A stretch of 32,000 bases of DNA from Wolbachia endosymbiont of Cimex lectularius (GTDB taxonomy: Bacteria; Pseudomonadota; Alphaproteobacteria; Rickettsiales; Anaplasmataceae): assembly GCF_000829315.1 (NCBI RefSeq), contig NZ_AP013028.1:720001-752000 (forward strand), written 5' to 3'. Each line of letters opens with the position of its first letter. Within the stretch, counting starts at the first letter, position 1. The notes beneath the pieces are model-generated. The model saw only the letters and a list, made by a program, of their open reading frames with translations, had not been told where the DNA came from and did not search any database. Below are positions 29,491 through 32,000 of the stretch, piece after piece. A program made the position numbers and the translations under genes.

Positions 29491-31473
29491 ATGGACAAAG
29501 AGACTACTAAAGCTATGTCTGCAGGATGTAGTGAACTAGACGTTACGAGATCTGTAAATTTTCTTGGGTCTGTTCTACTCTATCAGATGAATTTAGAAAA
29601 CGCATTAGTTTCACTTGGTTTTTCTTATAACACTTTAAGCGAACTGGATAAAGAGTTGAACCAAGTAAGAGAGCAGAATTATAGTGAAAAAGCACTGGAA
29701 ATGTATGAAAAACGCTTTAATGGAGTATTTAGAAGCAAGTATAGAAAGCTAAGCCTTGAATATAGGAATGATGGGAAAAAGACAAAGAACTTAAACAACA
29801 TGAAAAAGATAATGGAAGAACTATATGAAACATCAAAAGAGAGAGATAATTTTAGATATGTACTGTTTTCTGGAATAGCATTTGATTTATTATATCAGAA
29901 TAGAAAAAAATGTGCAACTTTAATAAACGAGAGTGTAGTAGCCGAACTGAGGAACTTGACTATTTGGCGTCAAACTGACCTAATGCATTATCGTAACGAC
30001 TTCTTAAAGAAAGCACAAGAATACCTTAATAGTTATAGAAATAGCCTGTGTAAAAATGAACAAATAGAGAAGGATTTTGGTAAATTGCAGGAATGGTATG
30101 TCAAAAAATATGAGAAAGATTGGTACAATAAATTGATTGAATTAAACAGTCGATGCAATAGTGATAAAAAGCTGAAGGCTATAAAAGGTGAAGTTGATAA
30201 TCTTGTAAAGAGGAGTAGTGAACAACTTAACATATTAAGAAATGTAGTCGAAAGAAAGTATGAACATAGTGCAAATGTATTAAATCAGATGCTTTCACTA
30301 ACTCCAACTATTTTAAAAAAGGATAGTAGTGTTAAAACTAAGGGATCTGATTTACGGAAAAAAGCCCCTTCCAACATTTCTGAAAAAGGTCAGCACATAG
30401 ACGAGGCCATTGATAGGTGCTTTGTGTCTCCGATATTAGAATATATCTATGTCACAAAAGTGTATAAAGAGCTGTTAGGAGGGGGTGATCTAACCATCAG
30501 AAATTCAGTCAAGGAATTTAGAGACTGTGTAAAAGCAAAGAGAACAGAAGAGTTTAACATCCAGAGTAAGATGAACAATTATTCGCTTAAGGAATTACAA
30601 ACAAAAATTGAAGCATTGAGAAATTTCTTATTTTATCAAGAAAATTTAAGCCTACAGGAAAAAGAAATAGAGAAGTATATTAACAATAATCAGTCAAGAG
30701 CAAAAGTAATATTAGTGCAGATGCTGGAAAGATGTGGGAAGCTTTTGGGAGAGGAATTCAAGGAGGAAAAGACATGGTTTAAAAGAGTAGGAGAGAAAAT
30801 AGAAAAGGAACGAAAAGCAACAGAGCAAGCAAATGCAAGGGCAGAACAGGAAGCTCAAAGGGCAGGACATATTAATAAGGTGAGTAAGATTTTTTTAAGA
30901 AAAATATATAGTCTTGGTGATGAGTTGCAAGATATAGTGGTGGAAAGTCAAGATGAAATTGTAGATGCGATCGTACAACGCATTATGGAATGTAGCTTTT
31001 CTCCACAACAAATACTGGATGCAATAATTGAAGAAATAAAATCTAATGAAGACCAAGTTAGAAGGGAGGGTAAAGTTAATGCTGAACTAATTGAAAATGT
31101 AATGAGAGGTTTTATAGTTGCAGTAGATGAAGAGCAAATTGAACCGAATACGGACATAGAAGGTGCTTGTAAATCTGAACATGAGGAAGAATTAGAATCA
31201 CAAAAAAGCTTAGATGACGATCAAAATAGTACAGAAAGGAACAAGTTGCTTATTATAACTGCTTCCGCTTCCGTTGGCTTATTGTTGGGCCTGAGCATAG
31301 CATATCTTGCAGGAGCTGCTACTTTGACTCCTATTGGTGCTGTTACGGTATTTGTTACAGCTGCAGTAGTTGGTACATCGGTAGGGTATGGTATCGGAAA
31401 GTTTTATGAGAAGGTTAGTAGCAAACTCTCTGATGTATCTACTGGACATTCTAAACTAGAGCTACTGGTGTAA
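29491..31473 (+). CDS. 660-aa coiled-coil hypothetical protein with C-terminal transmembrane hairpin
   Basis: AGGAGGT just upstream of the ATG at 29491 (track start 29425 is earlier); long Lys/Glu-rich helices; C-terminal LLIITASASVGLLLGLSIAYLAGAATLTPIGAVTVFVTAAVVGTSVGYGIG. Confidence 0.78.
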   Translation: MDKETTKAMSAGCSELDVTRSVNFLGSVLLYQMNLENALVSLGFSYNTLSELDKELNQVREQNYSEKALEMYEKRFNGVFRSKYRKLSLEYRNDGKKTKNLNNMKKIMEELYETSKERDNFRYVLFSGIAFDLLYQNRKKCATLINESVVAELRNLTIWRQTDLMHYRNDFLKKAQEYLNSYRNSLCKNEQIEKDFGKLQEWYVKKYEKDWYNKLIELNSRCNSDKKLKAIKGEVDNLVKRSSEQLNILRNVVERKYEHSANVLNQMLSLTPTILKKDSSVKTKGSDLRKKAPSNISEKGQHIDEAIDRCFVSPILEYIYVTKVYKELLGGGDLTIRNSVKEFRDCVKAKRTEEFNIQSKMNNYSLKELQTKIEALRNFLFYQENLSLQEKEIEKYINNNQSRAKVILVQMLERCGKLLGEEFKEEKTWFKRVGEKIEKERKATEQANARAEQEAQRAGHINKVSKIFLRKIYSLGDELQDIVVESQDEIVDAIVQRIMECSFSPQQILDAIIEEIKSNEDQVRREGKVNAELIENVMRGFIVAVDEEQIEPNTDIEGACKSEHEEELESQKSLDDDQNSTERNKLLIITASASVGLLLGLSIAYLAGAATLTPIGAVTVFVTAAVVGTSVGYGIGKFYEKVSSKLSDVSTGHSKLELLV

Positions 31474-31650
31474 TTCAAATTGCTAAGTGTATGCTATAGC
31501 TAAAAGGGTTCTTCAAGACGACGTAGAGATATGGTATTGAGTGATATAAAAAGCAGAAAAATGTTAAAGCCATGCTATTGTTCTGTTTTTTAGCGTTCGG
31601 GGAAATCTTACTTTGGTTGGCTATACCAGACAGGTGAGTATAAAAGTTAT

Positions 31651-31774
31651 GTTAAAATGCACCATTTTCATGGGAAACTGGGTCCCAGTGTCACGCACTT
31701 GGATGACAGGAGGAGGGGCTACTTGGATGACATCGTTTACTATGTTCATATTACAATATTTTCAGTGTGCTCAT
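31651..31774. repeat. Dispersed repeat, relative of 7925-8090
   Basis: GTGAGTATAAAAG, TCCCAGTGTCACGCACTTGGATGACAGGAGGAGGGGC, GGATGACATCGTTTACTATGTTCATATTA. Confidence 0.8.
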
Positions 31775-31814
31775 CTGTGTTTCTCCTAAACCATAATGCA
31801 AGAGATCTACTAGG

Positions 31815-32000
31815 TTAAGCCTTTTTGCCAATTATCACAACATTTTCACTTGGGAAAAAATAATCAGGTATAGCCATATTTTTTGGTGCAGGCCCCCCAA
31901 TTACTCGACCTGATGTATCATAATATGAGCCATGGCAAGGACAAAACCAGCCGTTGCCGCCTTTTGTAGCATGATCAACCGGCACACACCCAAGATGGGT
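31815..32000 (-). CDS. petA: Rieske iron-sulfur protein of ubiquinol-cytochrome c reductase, C-terminal part (continues past window edge)
   Basis: Minus-strand translation [61 protein letters not shown]; both Rieske cluster motifs recognisable. Missing from the ORF track because no start lies in the window. Confidence 0.95.
   Translation of the reverse strand, partial: THLGCVPVDHATKGGNGWFCPCHGSYYDTSGRVIGGPAPKNMAIPDYFFPSENVVIIGKKA

Noticed and set aside
29208-31473. Toxin-antitoxin, cif-like or phage module around the J-domain fragment and large ORF
   Set aside because: No deubiquitinase, nuclease, antitoxin or phage structural motifs recognised; calling it such a system would be speculation.

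Overview
This window looks like a Wolbachia (Rickettsiales, Anaplasmataceae) chromosomal segment. That assignment rests on gene content, low GC and the dispersed 'GGATCCCAGTGTC...GCACTGGGATGACA' repeats; no database search was possible. Most of it is housekeeping: aspS, an MFS transporter, infC-thrS, glmS, yajC, mutS, rnd, coaE, an NPD/nitronate monooxygenase-like enzyme, lepB, an iscU-iscA-hscB-hscA cluster, ftsY, radA, a quinone oxidoreductase, tRNA-Pro(TGG), and the 3' end of a Rieske Fe-S protein gene at the right edge that the ORF track missed. The accessory material is more interesting. (1) At least five copies of a ~120-300 bp intergenic repeat each carry a sigma70-like promoter (TTGACA, exactly 17 bp, TAYNAT-like). 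(2) Palindromic hairpin repeats show a paired, compensatory base change between copies, and also occur in frame inside HscA and probably MutS. (3) An 860-bp IS5-family element, with two ORFs joined across an A8 run, abuts an inverted 324-bp partial copy; this composite sits at a rearrangement junction that truncates an acidic ORFan and decapitates a GNAT gene. (4) A decayed J-domain fragment (HPD changed to HPG) lies directly upstream of a 660-aa coiled-coil protein with a C-terminal membrane hairpin. I see no convincing complete new defence or toxin system. The promoter-bearing repeat family is the best candidate for something undescribed.
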